Shown one piece after another: positions 1-12,749 of a stretch of 64,000 nucleotides of DNA. This DNA comes from Dicyema japonicum (lineage: Eukaryota > Animalia > Dicyemida), in NCBI GenBank assembly GCA_011109175.1, contig RDEW01000035.1, positions 288,069-352,068 of the forward strand, given 5' to 3'. Position 1 is the stretch's first letter. Every line of letters begins with the position of its first letter. The notes below the pieces were generated by a model, which saw nothing but the letters and a program-made list of their open reading frames with translations, did not search any database and was not told the DNA's origin. Made by a program: the position numbers and the translations under genes.

Positions 1-120
1 TCGTTTATTTACTATTATTAAATTTATTTTTTTATCAATATTTTGAAAATTTATTGTAATTTTTCTGAAATGTTATCATTATTGCTAACTGAAAGCTCAT
101 TCAATTATTTTTTTCTCGTC

Positions 121-384
121 GGTGGGTATTATAAATGCACGAAACTATTTACGTCCCCATGAGAAGGGAGTTTGCTTTTCTTTTATCACATCCAGTTTGA
201 AAGGCAATGTCAAGACATTCCAGATCGACTTGACTTTGATCTGGCATTACTTGTTGACCTTCAAATAATCAATATTTTGGTTATGTAATCCAAATTAAGT
301 CGTGTCTGACCCTTGGAGATATCATGAGCCAATTTTCTCCACTCTCCCCGATCCGTCGCAATTTGGAGTGCCTTGATATGGGCA
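121..384 (-). mobile_element. RTE LINE 3' end plus SINE-like piece, flanked by a ~58-bp imperfect direct repeat (61-120 / 385-443)
   Basis: Minus strand encodes ALQIATDRGEWRKLAHDISKGQTRLN, like the DRxxWR C-terminus of RTE/BovB ORFs. Both flanks share ttatcattattgctaactgaaagctcattcaat. Confidence 0.55.
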
Positions 385-1074
385 TTCTCTGAAAGATTAT
401 CATTATTGCTAACTGAAAGCTCATTCAATGATTTTTTCTCATCTACGGATTAGTTTTGTGTGATCATTTCAGAATTTAGAAATTCTTTTTTTACACCACT
501 CCCTATGAATCCCTCATTCCTTATGTTACAACGGTATTGTCTATATATTCATCCGTATGATTATCGAATAACCATATTTTTTAGATCGTTACGACAATTT
601 GAGGAAGGTTCAACTTTATCTTCAAGATTTTAATTGACTCTTGGTTGTTCTACTGATAAAATTGAATAAGAGGGGAGATAAAATGGGAAGGAACTGTATT
701 TTCTGGTGTACGAGATTATTCATTTCTTCAAGTAATCCTTTGTGCCAAGTACATTGAAGGATCCAAGAGTAAATGATAAGAGATGGTATAGACATTTTTT
801 TACTTTTACTCTCAATACTTGTTATTACTCCAGTAGGTGCCTTCACATATCTGGAATTCTCATTCCTTTTGTAACTCTTCCATGTAAGCATCTGCCACTT
901 TCTTCTCCAAAAGACGAGATAACAACCACGGCAATAAATTAATTCAAATTTACCAAATTTCAAAATATTTGTAAATAAACTAATTTTTATTATTTAAATA
1001 AAATTTAAAAAAAATATCTAGGTCCTCCTCAAAATATGAGAAGAAATCTTTTATGAAGATTAATGCCAAAAAGA

Positions 1075-1730
1075 CATTACTATCACCATTCTTATTCAAC
1101 TTATTTACGGCTGACATTCCGACGCCGAATGGAAATGACGACCTGCTCCTGGCTCATGCAGTCGAGGTCGTCTTGGCCTTACGGGATCAGACATCTAAAC
1201 AGCGACGTAAAGAATACAACAACACTTCGATCGACTACTTGAGTAGTTTAATGAAAATCGGATGTCAATCAACACCAAAAAATCTGCTACAACTATCTAT
1301 ACCTCGGACAAAAGATTGTCAAACAGACAATAGAATTTACTGCGAAGGTGTGAGAAAAAAATCAACCTTCTGAAATGCCTAACAGGTCTATGGAAAATTG
1401 GACATCACCCTATACTTAAAACGCTCTACTCACAGTACATCGAACCATGCATTTCATCTGCGTGTGCTTCATGGGGACCATTGGCCTCTTGTACGAACAC
1501 TCAGAAAATTTCCACAACCCAGAAAAGGCCTTCAAACTAACTCAAAGATGGTATACAGGGGAAAATATCAAAATCACCGACGCCCTTGGAGACACTAATT
1601 AAAAAATGAGAAAAAACACCAACGCCAAGAAGAAAGTGCTCGCCCGAAGCGAACTTCTGTAGGCTCAAGGATCAACACCGAGCAAATATGAGACCCATGA
1701 TTCAATTCGTCGGATCACTTAGTTAGTTTT
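1075..1730 (+). mobile_element. Decayed Ingi/Jockey-group LINE: RT C-terminal part and 3' end
   Basis: LLSPFLFNLFTADIP...LLLAHAVEV (degenerate YADD region). Ends in ggatcacttagttag, the LINE-tail motif seen elsewhere in the window. Confidence 0.7.
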
Positions 1731-2046
1731 TTTCCGTTTAACAGTAGTCTTTGAATTAATTTTAATTTTTTTATTTAATGCAAGATTCCAAGAGAAACCT
1801 TAGGACCAAGCCATGTATGGACACTGAAATCACTTTATTAGATTATAACTCTTGCCTCTTAGGGTTCCAGTATTTATCAATTAAATTAAGCAATTCAATC
1901 TACTTTGGGCAATTATCAAGATCTGGATCATTGAGAGATAATAACCAAGACCACTCGGAATATTTGAATGAATATTTAAAATAGATGCGCGTAAATTTCT
2001 CCTTATTGACGATAACAAGCACGAGTCTAAAAGGGCATTAATAGTT

Positions 2047-2155
2047 TTTTATAGTCGATGAAGCTAAAATCGAATTATCGGAAAAGTAATGTCCGTAAAG
2101 AACGAGGCGCATCATTAAAATGTATAGTACCTGATGTTAAATACGGAGTGGAGCA
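2047..2155 (+). mobile_element. Tc1-like transposase fragment
   Basis: DEAKIEL...CIVPDVKYG resembles Tc1 SDExKF...xxPTVKHGGG. Confidence 0.45.
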
Positions 2156-3034
2156 CCTGAGATCCGTATTTTATCGGTAGGATTCGACTCAATATTTAAT
2201 CTAACGGAGGACCCTTTTATTATTTTCTAAAAATTGAACCTATTTTCTGTTGTCTCCAAGAAATAACTGAGTAAATTCAATATTGGGGGAAAATTAGCGA
2301 TTATTTTTTTAATTAATAAATAAAATGGCTTTTTTATTTTAACATGCTATTTAATCAAAAACTTCAAAAATATTATGAAATTATAAAAATAACGATGCAA
2401 TGAATTACTTGAAAATGACGTACTTTACCTGAAATAGGGTAATAAATAAGCTATAGTTAGTAAGTCGATTTTCAGACACAAATGGATGACTATTATTTAT
2501 TTTTGCCCGAGGATCACAAAGTTAGAAAAGAAAATCAATTTTCTCTTCTATGTGGAAGTCGATACTAGGGAAGGATTATTTCATTAACTTTAACACACAT
2601 TGTTGTAGTGGTAGGCGGTGAAGCGAGTTCCGTTAACTTGAGCTTTATCAAAAGCCGGAAAAACATATTCCCCACTATTAATAACTTCAAAAAATAACTT
2701 CTTTAACATGAACATCTAAACAAAATAAATTTACAATCACCTCTGCTACTTATTAGAATTTTAAAAAGTAAAGCAAAATCATGATGGTTTGATTAAAAAA
2801 ATAAAATTCTTATTACCTTTGCGGCCCCTGGTCAATTTATAAATTATCGATTTTGCCTCTGGTCTCAAATCGTGAGTACCTTTGCTTCACATAAAGAGAG
2901 CCACCCCCGTTTAAGTGCGACATCAGTCCTTTGAAATCAGTTAAAATACGTACTTAAGTACATCACCAAGGAAATCACGTTATGAATATTCATGTGACAC
3001 GTGATTTTTTGAGAACCTAACATTAAACTTGTAA

Positions 3035-3150
3035 GAACTGTTATTGGAGTGAATTCACCTAATAAGTTCCGAGTTCGAATCTCGTAGCTGTACACTGCGG
3101 AACCGGATTGTCTAATAACACGCAAAGAAAACAGAAATGAAGAACATACC
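3035..3150 (+). mobile_element. Deleted tRNA-headed SINE (family 2)
   Basis: B-box gagttcgaatctcg followed by actgcggaaccggattgt, shared with the minus-strand SINE at 51290-51495. Confidence 0.4.
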
Positions 3151-3242
3151 TTGTTTCCCAATGATTAGTTATTCTAACAGTTTTTACTCGAATAAAGTGT
3201 ATGTCAAGCCTGGGGGAACTACTAGGGTAGTTAACTAATAAT

Positions 3243-4521
3243 TAGGGCAAACATTTTTAACCTTAAAATTAAAAAAATTTAACTTTATTCTCAATTTAAA
3301 CTTGTAAAATATAAATACGAAACAATAAAAGAAAAATGTTGTTTTAAAGACTATTTATTGAAAATGGACATTACGTAGTTTTCCAGATTTCGTGTACAAA
3401 AGTATCTATTTGTTTTTAAAAAAACTCTTGAATTAAGAAAAACATCTTTCGACAGATACCGAGGATGGCTGACAATTTAGAAGGAACGAATAATCTTCAG
3501 GAAATATATTTTTACATTCCATATTAATAATTTTAGTTAGGTCGCTTTCCAAAATTCTCTTCTCCAAATATTGCTCTGACCCCTGTTTCATCTTTTCCAA
3601 AATCAATTGCACTAAGCGTCGAATATGCGTACTATAAGAACAACCTGGAATATGTGAATAGTTATGCGAAATAGCGCATAAGCTCTGTACTATTTTTTCA
3701 CTTTTCATTGTATTCTTCGTAAAAATGCCTTCGTCCTCAATTAACTCGAAAATGTTAATCACTGGGATAAAATTTTTTGAATAAAAAGATGCAGCCTTCA
3801 CTAGATACCCCATCTCGTCAATACGACTTTGGAAAATTCCAATTTCGGAAAACAACAATTTTCGCTTTTGGTTCTTCCTAATAGAAGCTTGTACGCTAGC
3901 TATCACATCATCTCTTCTGGACAAGATTTTCTGATCTCCATTGAACAATTATGCAAAATGTGGGCGACCTTAAAAATTATAATTTTTTTAACTTTCCCAG
4001 CTAAATCATAAATGAATTAAATCAATATCGGCTGTCATATACCATACAGCATCAGAAATGAGAAGCATAAAATTATCCCGTTCAACAATTATATTTCGGA
4101 TCGAATCATCAACAATCTGTGCTATAATATTTTTTGTAGGTGCAGACTCAATTGGTTTGAATGAGACCAAATAATAATTTTAGGCAGTTTGATTGATCCC
4201 ACCAAAAAATTTGTTAATCGGAATGTCACATTTCAGAAGAGCCTTAGTCACCTTCAAATCCCAGTTTCCAACTTTAGATTCATTTAATTTTTGTTGGCTA
4301 GACGTTGTCATACGATCTATCTATATCATCGAAAAATCTTTACCAACGGAAATTTTATGTTCTTGAACGACTTGTGAAGGTTAACAAAGTGTTTTTTAGC
4401 ACTTCACTGTCGTTAAGCATAGTTTAAAATAACTCATGGTTATTATGTAATTGAAACTCTCTTGGAAATTCGTTAACAATTAATGTTGCTTAGTCAGAGA
4501 AGACGTAGAAATACGTGGCAT
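3243..4521 (-). mobile_element. hAT transposase pseudogene, hAT19/CGGBP1-like
   Basis: MLLISDAVWYM (cf. LFVTDAAPYM), C-terminal dimerization motif PSSVSVERCFS, N-terminal MPR...KLC zinc-finger remnant, candidate TAGGG terminus at 3243. Stops and frameshifts present. Confidence 0.7.
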
Positions 4522-4689
4522 ACAAAAAACTGTAAACTATGCTGTTTAATATTTATTTAATAATAAAATAATAATTTGTTGAAATAATTAAAAAAAATTA
4601 AGTTTAAAAAATTTTACCTTACGATTTATTTTTTTAACTTTTTTTCAAAATATAAAGGGAGAACGTTTAAGTTGTTTCTGCAATAATTT

Positions 4690-5240
4690 TTATTAGATTA
4701 AACCTTTCTATGCGTTGTGTATAGAAACCAGTACTCGGGTCAATGAGGTTATAACGATGATCGACCATCATATGTACGAAAAGCATATCTTGTTGGTCGT
4801 TAGTCGAATATCCTCGCCAACTGTCTGATGAGTGTTGAACCAACTGCCACATTTGTGATTGTAGCTTTTGTAGGGATTCCATAGTTCGATCCGGAATTTA
4901 AACGAGGAAAAATTCTTTAGTTTCCATGCAAATTCCTCCAAAAATCCATTGCTCGGTGAATACTCGTCCATAATTATTTTTGGCTTAGAAAATAGACTTT
5001 CATAAGTTTCTAATGGCTTCTTCAACATTCACTCTAGGATTCTCTAACCATTTACCTAAGATATGTAGCCACTAAAAATACCAGATTGTATACTAATATT
5101 TGTCATACATGTTCTCTTCAAACAAAACCACTTCGCTACTCTAAGGACCATAGAATGTCCTTTTTACAATATCTTTCCTGGGGAAAATCCCCTTTTCTTG
5201 TAAAAATTAATTGTTTTCACAGCAAAGTATATTCGTAGAT
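4690..5240 (-). mobile_element. Merlin (IS1595/ISXO2-type DDE) transposase pseudogene
   Basis: SDSWRGY...HMMVDHRYNLIDPSTGFYTQRIE matches Merlin SDxWxxY...HxxVNHxxxFVDPxTGxHTQxIE. N-terminal FLQEKG...WFC...C zinc ribbon. Confidence 0.85.
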
Positions 5241-5461
5241 AAAAAATTCAAAAACTTAATAAATAAAAATAAATTATTAATTAAATATTTAATATTTAAC
5301 TAAAAAATTGTTGCAGGAAAGTGGCAGTCAATCAACTAGATAAAACCTCAATAAGTATTATGGAACTCATGAAAAGTGCTGTTTACCCAAAAATTGTTAA
5401 ATTTGGTAAATCAAGACCATCGTGTTTCCCTTCAATGTGTTTGTCCCGCATGAGCATCATT

Positions 5462-5690
5462 AATACCATTGTGGGCAGTGCTTTCGCTCGCGTCACGGAT
5501 AGTTATGGGTTCGATTCCATTACCGTTACCTACTGGCGATAGGCTACCTTCTGTTATTTGCTTTCTTCAATTCCAAGAGGTGTCATATGATAAATCGAAT
5601 CTAAGACGCCCGTGCCTATCGGTATCCAAAAAGGACCCTTTCACCCCTATTCTACTGGAGAGGTTCCCACAATGGATGGAGGAAATAGGG
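5462..5690 (+). mobile_element. tRNA-headed SINE with the shared core (family 1)
   Basis: B-box gggttcgattcc, pyrimidine linker, then core gtcatatgat...cgcccgtgcc...ccaaaaaggacc...ggagaggttcccacaa. Confidence 0.65.
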
Positions 5691-5774
5691 TTCCGTAAAT
5701 TGTTATAATGTTTCTGTGTTTAGATTCGCTCATTACATTGATCTCGAATGATACGGAATCCCAATCATCATATT

Positions 5775-6090
5775 TTCTTACGTTAATCACTTTCAACATT
5801 AACAACCGTCCTTGTGCCAAATGTCAGGGATCTAGTACGGATGAGATAAACTCTGTGCAAAGACAGAAGACAGAAAATATAACGTTGTGATCTGATGTCT
5901 TCAAGAGACTAAATTGGCTAGTCTGACTAACCTTCCTTCCCAATAGGTCGAAGCAACATGATTTGGGGTTTTTAATGAAGAATGCTATGTTTCAAATATA
6001 TCAAGATATTGCAATATTAAAGGCAGAATTGGGGTTCTATAACTCGAAACAAATTATTCTTCCCGCTCTAATGTACACCACAAAATGGGT
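5775..6090 (+). mobile_element. Decayed APE endonuclease of a LINE (RTE-like)
   Basis: TLITFNIN and CLQETK motifs. Confidence 0.45.
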
Positions 6091-6282
6091 GAATTAAAAG
6101 AATTCTCAATAAATTGATGATCTCCGCATTCACTCTCAACGGTGTACTGTTAACATGAACATTCCCGATTAATATATATCGCTGGGTATCAGAAGGCAAA
6201 AGTGGGCACGTGGAGAAAACCTTCATGGGAAAGCTTTGTTTGGGAGAAAAACCTGAACTTCTTTGCTAACTTCTGCAGGCGA

Positions 6283-7066
6283 ATATTACCCTAACAGTTA
6301 GAATGTCATACACGAACAGAGGTTTTTTCCTATGCTCTGCCCTTTTTTTTCCTTCAATTAGTGTGACGTCATGTGATCCATCTGTCTCAGGAGGAGTTCA
6401 GGATAGTATCAAAAGGACTATTCGCCTCATCTTACTCCATTGGATCATTTCTTAACTCAGTGTTTCACTGGGAGTCATCAGAGACAAGTAGATGACGCCA
6501 CAAGAGAAAAGAAACAGATAAAAAGAAAAGAAACTTCTACCGACTAGCCAGTGGGGGAATCGAACCCAGGACAAATTGCTATGTTAGTCCAAACCACTAG
6601 GAATATAACTCAACAAGTAAGGTCAACCAAACTATAAATTTAATAACTTATAATTAGTTAATCCGGCTTCAGTATTTTATTTAAATTTCTTCATTCTTCT
6701 TTAGTTTATTACTAATATCATTAATGGTACAATCTATCAATCTCTTATACTCCCTCATATTATTCACGTCTTCTTCAAACTCATTTATTATATACTTCAT
6801 CTCTGCTATTCTAACTCTATCTTTACTTATTTCTCTTATTAAAACTGAATTTTCACTATCTTTAACTTTTATTTTCTTCTCGTACTTTGTCTTTTATTAT
6901 TATTATTAGTTTTACTAGCAAACAGTCGCTTTTTAACATTTGAAGCTGTTGTTCTCTGTTAAATGATGCTTTGGCGTTCTCAAATGTTTCTTCAAGTTCT
7001 TTGTACTTATTTTCGATTGTTGTCATCTATCACTTATACTCATTACCAATCTATTAACAAGATCTT
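6283..7066. repeat. ~785-bp direct duplication, copy 1 (copy 2 at 11718-12507); contains two tail-to-tail SINE pieces
   Basis: Near-identical from atattaccctaacag to caagatctt. Minus-strand tRNA-like head (cctagtggtttgg...gggttcgattcccc) at about 6545-6602. Confidence 0.95.
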
Positions 7067-7307
7067 GATTCTCCGACATTTTCAGTGATAGTCTATTCTC
7101 GCATTCTTGCTGATTAATCTTTAATGATATGTTAATTTTACTCTTATATTATTTAATTTGTTTATTTTGACATTATTCTCGTTTTTAATTTCTCCAAAGA
7201 GTCCATCGGAAAAAATACGAAATTTCCCGCTTTAATAGTATTGTTGACAATTATTATTTATTTTTTTTAGTTTTTTAAATTTTATTATCAAATAGATAAA
7301 AATTAAA

Positions 7308-7776
7308 TTAAGGCATCTGAATGGCCATGCTATTTCCCCTAACAATAGCCAACGAGATACGTTCTCGGAACCAACCAGTCTCTCGCGGATCTTTGGTCAC
7401 AGCTTGAATCATGGAGCCGATCTTACGAACCAACTCATCTGCTTGGGGGCCAAGGATTCCTGACGTTTCCACCGCGAATGGAACAAAAAGATACTCCTCC
7501 GAAATTCTCTGGTACTTCCTCCTCTTTCGTTCCTCGGCCTGCTTCGAAACATGTCCTGGGTCTGAAGCACAAGCAACCAAATTAGACGGGGAATAAGTAT
7601 CAACACACGTCGCTTCCCAGATCAGGTTTCGTCCATTGGCGAATGGAAAAGTCGTCATCCCATCAGGGCGTTTTCCATCGTTTCGGGAAAGACCAGCAGG
7701 TTCTAACAGGCAATGGTGTCCAGCAGAGGCAAGGGAATTCTTTAATGTCATGTTAAGACAGGAGTGCCTGGGGAAA
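7308..7776 (-). mobile_element. 5'-truncated CRE-like non-LTR retrotransposon (RLE domain to stop codon)
   Basis: RHxxLN...DGKRPDG...W(D/E)ATCVD...AEERKRRKY...FVPFAVETSG...ISLAIVRGN. Nearly identical to the element at 56551-58138. Confidence 0.9.
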
Positions 7777-7779
7777 ATA

Positions 7780-8195
7780 GTGCATGGAAAGAAAAGAACT
7801 TTATAACGACCTTCCAAAATACAAGATATCAATCGGATGTCTCCAAGAGACAAAAGTATCGAAGGAGTTTGAAATCTTATACAAGAGAACAGGAACTGAG
7901 CCAATATTATGTGAGATTACTGATTCAAGATGGAGGCTCTTTGGACACATACTCCGCCACGATATGGGGACCCCTGCCAACATAGCAATGGAGGAGTATT
8001 TTGTCTTAGAAGCTTCTCGTTTCCTCGGCCGGCCGAGGACAACACTGCCGGTTATTTTAAATAAAGATCTCAGGATATGCTACGGAACTTGGCAACGGAT
8101 CGAAAAAGATGGGGGACGTTAATTAGATTGTTAACTTTTCGTGTTGCACATGCTTTGTCATGATCTTGGCATCGCGTACGTGCCTATAATAATAA
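7780..8195 (+). mobile_element. Internally deleted RTE LINE (APE start fused to RT C-terminus, (TAA)n tail)
   Basis: IGCLQETK joined to RWRLFGHILR...GRPRTTLP, ending tataataataa. Confidence 0.8.
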
Positions 8196-8306
8196 AATGA
8201 ATTATCATGCCTTTCATTGAAAAATTTATGTTTATGAAAACATGAAACACATATCTTTTTGCCGTTATTCTCGCACAATAATATATAAACTCCACTTTTT
8301 TTCAGA

Positions 8307-11118
8307 ATGGTTCAAAAAGTTAACACATAAAAATCTAAAAGAGCTGCAGTGAAAGTCACAACAATGAAAGCCAGTAGCTCTTCTCGTCCTCCGGGAAGTG
8401 CTACAGCTGAGTCATTCTCTTTGGATAACAAGACGTCGCATAAGGCAGAACCTGTTAAACCAGAGAATGTTCTTACAAAACACAACCCACGGAAGTGTCC
8501 AAACCTACGGATGAACCAATGAAAGCTGATTCTTTAGAGAACAAGACTATATTAATCACAGTGGATTCTACTATGAATGCGATAAAGATTGCAAACGTTT
8601 TACAATACTATACCAATATCTGAGAATGAGCCACAGAGGACCGGGCTCATTCCGACTGGATTTCCAGGACAACTCCCACGTGACCACCTATATGGAGGCT
8701 GTGAATGAGACCTGTCCCTTTGGTCATGACAATCACTTTTTCAAGACAATCTCAACAAAACCGTCTGAGATTGTCCTCAGGAACCTTCCCTTCTGGGTGA
8801 AAGAGACGACCTCTTGGTCTACCTCCAGGAGATGGCTCCTTCAGTCACGAAGGTTACCCGAATGACCAGAGGATCGCAGGCCATGCTAATGGCGAAGGCC
8901 TCGATCAATAGTAAATCGGAGGCCACATCACTAATACGCTGTGGCTTCTACATCGGAACGAACAAATCTCTTGTAAGTGGATGAGAAGAGGGCCGCCGAT
9001 CTGCTACAACTGTCAGCAGGTCGGTCACTTTGCATACCAGTGCACGGGAAAGAAGAAATGTTTCCGTTGCGCGGGAGAGCATGACACCCCCAGGTGCAAT
9101 GCGGATCCGGGTCATGAACCTACGTGTGTTAACCGCTGATCAACAAAACACGGTGCAAGATATGGAGGATGCCCTGTGCTCATGAAGGCCAGGCGAAAGT
9201 TAAATCCCGAATCGACAATACGGAACCAAAACAGATGAATGTTATACCCAACAAAGTGGAACCGCCATCCCAAAAAAGAATAATTAGCCCAAAGACTAAC
9301 AAGAATGAAGCTGCTCCTCTTGCACGAGAGTCGGCCTGGCTACCCTGCAAAAGTTATCAGGGAGAATTGCAAAAGAACTGGAGGAAATAATATCAAGACT
9401 GTAGGAACTAAGCGGCATACTCTGGGTGGATTTACGAAGAATGGTGGACCTGGCCATGGAGAGCCCGGGCCACCAAAAAGAAAATTGAAAAGAAACCTGA
9501 AGATAGTGCTGGTGAACGCCCGATCCCTGAGATGACCTGGCACTACTCTTATCGTCTACCAAGATTGACATCCTGATGGTCAACGAGACCAAGGTAAAAA
9601 AGACCAACACTACAATGTACAGGGATACAATTCTATAGAAATACCATGGGTCGAAGCTGCAGAAGCTTGTACTGGAACCACATTGTTCAGTGATGTTCTA
9701 AAGATACGTGATCCAAAAGTTGTTATGAATACTCATTGTGAATTTGTTTCCGTCGAGGTGAGATGCTGTGGCCGTTGGATATACGTTGGAGGAATTTATT
9801 CAAAGGACCTCAGAAAGTGCTCCACAGAAATTGAATAATTCTTCACAAGAAACGATATGTCTGTCCTAGTAAGAGATCTAAATGCTAAGAACATTAAATA
9901 TGGATGTCTCGGAACCAACGAGGATGGAATCAGGCTAAGAAAATTGAGTGATAAGACTGGCTTCGAGATTTTGACGTCGGAGAAGCCGAATCACTACTCG
10001 CACCACGGTGGAGACATGCTTGGGGTGTTCCTGGTGTCACCACTGCTCTACACTTATGTGGAGAGACCGATGATCATGTGAGACATCGGGAGCGACCACA
10101 TCCCCAAGAGATGTTACTGAACCTGGCTCCGGACACTACGGAGTCAGTGTTTACAGGATACGACCTATCAAGACTAAATTAGGAACACTATAGAAGATAC
10201 ATATCTAGAAACCTTAAAAACTGGAAGGAGGGACCTTATTCCCGAAGTGATATTAACAACATATACTTTTCAATTGTGATGGAGAGATACTTATTACTTT
10301 ACGCAAGGAGCACCCTCAAGGACCAATTATGGGAAGAGCATCAATCTCTCCCCTTCTACATTATCTATGATTAATAAAAGAAACCGCCTGAGGAACAAAC
10401 TCAGAAAATGTGTCGACTGGATGTACTGAATTGTATTGACCGGTCAACTGAAGGTAATCAAAAAACCATTGAAGAAGGAACAAGACTGTCTCAAAAACAA
10501 TGTTTGAGGGTCGAGGCAAGCAAACTAAACACCGAAGACCCCTCGTTCTGGAAGTTCTACAAAAGAATAACTGGCCAGAAAATGAATGACATGAAAATCT
10601 CTTTGACCAAGCCAGAAGGTTGATCATGTTCTATGGAAAGAAGCCCCAGATATTTTTAAGAAGCAACTAGAGCGCATTCAGGGGGTCAGCTGATCCCGAG
10701 GTAAAAGTTAGATGCTTCACAGAAATTCTAACGTACTCTTTGGATGATCTCAAAGATACTGAAATGAAGATAACGACAGAGGACGTCATGATTAGCATCA
10801 AAACATGCAAAGCTAACGCCCCTGGACATGACCATATTAGCATGAGATTGTTCAAGGTAGGCCCAGAGGATCTACTGCTCGTAATGAAGAATTTATTCAA
10901 CGCGAGCATAGATTATGGCTACGTCCCCGAACGCTGGAAAACCTCCATAGTCAGAATTATCTTGACACAGGGAAAGTCGGGGAGGGACCCTTTCAGCTAT
11001 TAGCCGATCAGCCTCATCTGCTCTATTTCCAAGATTGATGAGCGAATTATCTTCGAGAGGCTAAACGACCACATGGAAGAGAGTGGTTTCTTCCTTGCAG
11101 AGCAACGTGGCTTCAAAA
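8307..11118 (+). mobile_element. Decayed Jockey/I-group LINE: ORF1 with CCHC knuckles, ORF2 APE + RT N-terminus, 3'-truncated
   Basis: CYNCQQVGHFAYQC and CFRCAGEHDTPRC; LVNARSL, VNETK, DLNAK, GSDH; APGHD, VPERWK, SY*PISL, QRGF. Many stops. Confidence 0.9.
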
Positions 11119-11684
11119 TTTGCAGAGTTCACAATTTCGAATGAATTTTCTGATAATCTCATTCTTTAAAGTGAAGTATCTTTGTCGACATTCATACTCA
11201 ATTTTATTGACTCCTCCGTGTGAAAACTCGTGCAACGATTTCGCAACATATTCCATTTCGGTTTCATTATCCAGGAATATGACTAACTTGAAATCAGTTG
11301 ATTTAAGATACAGTCTAAAATTATTGTAAATTTACAATACCTGTCATTGATAATGGAAAAATTCTCTATCTTCTTTACAAGCCTATATTTTCGGTGCCTC
11401 GGAAGATTTTCGGGAAATTTATCATGCAAAGCATCTTTTAAAGTCTGATATTCAACGCAATCTTTCGCAAAACCCTTGTAAGAAGCCATTGCAACAAAAC
11501 AATCTTCCATGCTATAAATCACGTAGAAATCTAGGTTTACCGCTATAAAAAATAAAATCTTTATAATCATAATATTTATGAATAAAAAACTAATTTAACA
11601 GGATTAAATCACGATATAAATCGGATATACAAAATTAGATGTCGGATAATCAAAAAACCTTTTCAAGGTCGAAAAAATGTAACA
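11119..11684 (-). mobile_element. Ginger2-like integrase transposon, 5' part, with a 26-nt intron (11315-11340)
   Basis: Begins TGTTACA at 11684. Spliced ORF reads NDR|LYL...LHEFSHGGVNK...IRNCELCK (integrase HHCC zinc domain). No RT or gag upstream. Confidence 0.7.
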
Positions 11685-11717
11685 GGCTGCCCATGCTTTA
11701 CGCGCCGCCCATGTGAC

Positions 11718-12507
11718 ATATTACCCTAACAGTTAGAATGTCATACACGAACAGAGGTTTTTTCCTATGCTCTGCCATTCTTTTTCTTCTTCCAATCAAT
11801 GTGACGTCATGTGATCCATCTGTCTCAGGAGGAGTTCAAGATGGTATCAAAAAGGACTATTCGCCTCATCTTAGTCCATTGAATAATTTCATAACTCAGT
11901 GTTTCACTGGGCGTCATCCGAGAGAAGTAGATGACACCACAGGAGAAAAGAAACAGATAAAAAGAAAAGAAACTTCTACCGACTAGCCAGTGGGGGAATC
12001 GAACACAGGACAAATTGCTATGTAAGTAAGTCCAAACCACTAAGAATATAAATCAACAAGTAAGGTCAACCAAACTATAAATTTAATAACTTATAATTAG
12101 TTAATTCGGCTTCAGTATTTTACTTAAATTATTTTCATTCTTCTTTAGTTTACTACCAATATCATTAATGGTACAATCCATCAATCTCTTATACTCCCTC
12201 ATATTATTCACTTCTACAAACTCATTTATTATATACTTCATCTCTGCTATTCTAACTCTATCTTAACTTATTTCTCCTATTAAAACTGAATTTTCACATT
12301 CTTTAACTTTTATTTTCTTCTCGTACTTTGTCTTTTATTATTATTATTAGTTTTACTAGCAAAAAGTCGCTTTTTAACATTTGAAGCTGTTGTTCTCTGT
12401 TAAATGATGCTTTGGCGTTCTCAAATTCTTCTTCAAGTTCTTTGTACTTATTTTTGGTTGTTGTCATCTATCACTTATACTCATTACCAATCTATTTACA
12501 AGATCTT
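11718..12507. repeat. ~790-bp direct duplication, copy 2
   Basis: See 6283-7066. Confidence 0.95.
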
Positions 12508-12514
12508 AGCACTA

Positions 12515-12730
12515 TCAAGTTCGTTGAAACACTTGGTCGACTAGATCAAGTGGATCAAGAATAACTTTGTTACTGTTATGTCGAGCCTCCGCGTCGAGAG
12601 CATAGTTCCAGCTTATCAAGCATTTGTTAGCAGACTGAGTCGCTGATTGAATGCTTCTGTTTTTGAAAGAAAGAATGATATCGTCTGCATAGGAAAGGAT
12701 TATGCAGTTTTCATTACAGGTTTGTGGCAT
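12515..12730 (-). mobile_element. LINE RT fragment
   Basis: ILSYADDIIL catalytic motif. Confidence 0.8.
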
Positions 12731-12749
12731 GTCGTTTATTTTTATTTTA

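Noticed and set aside
6455-6500. Hammerhead-like CTGATGA...GAAA on the minus strand (also ctgatgag at 4826, 22013, 39087)
   Set aside because: No proper stems II and III. The duplicate copy reads CGGATGA. These lie in the SINE core or in TE coding sequence.
7308-7904. 198-aa ORF as an intact gene
   Set aside because: Chimera of antisense RTE sequence read into a truncated CRE fragment. Most other short ORFs in the track are likewise shadows of TE remnants.
6283-12507. LTR retrotransposon
   Set aside because: No TG..CA termini, PBS/PPT or TSD. The interior consists of unrelated non-LTR and DNA elements.
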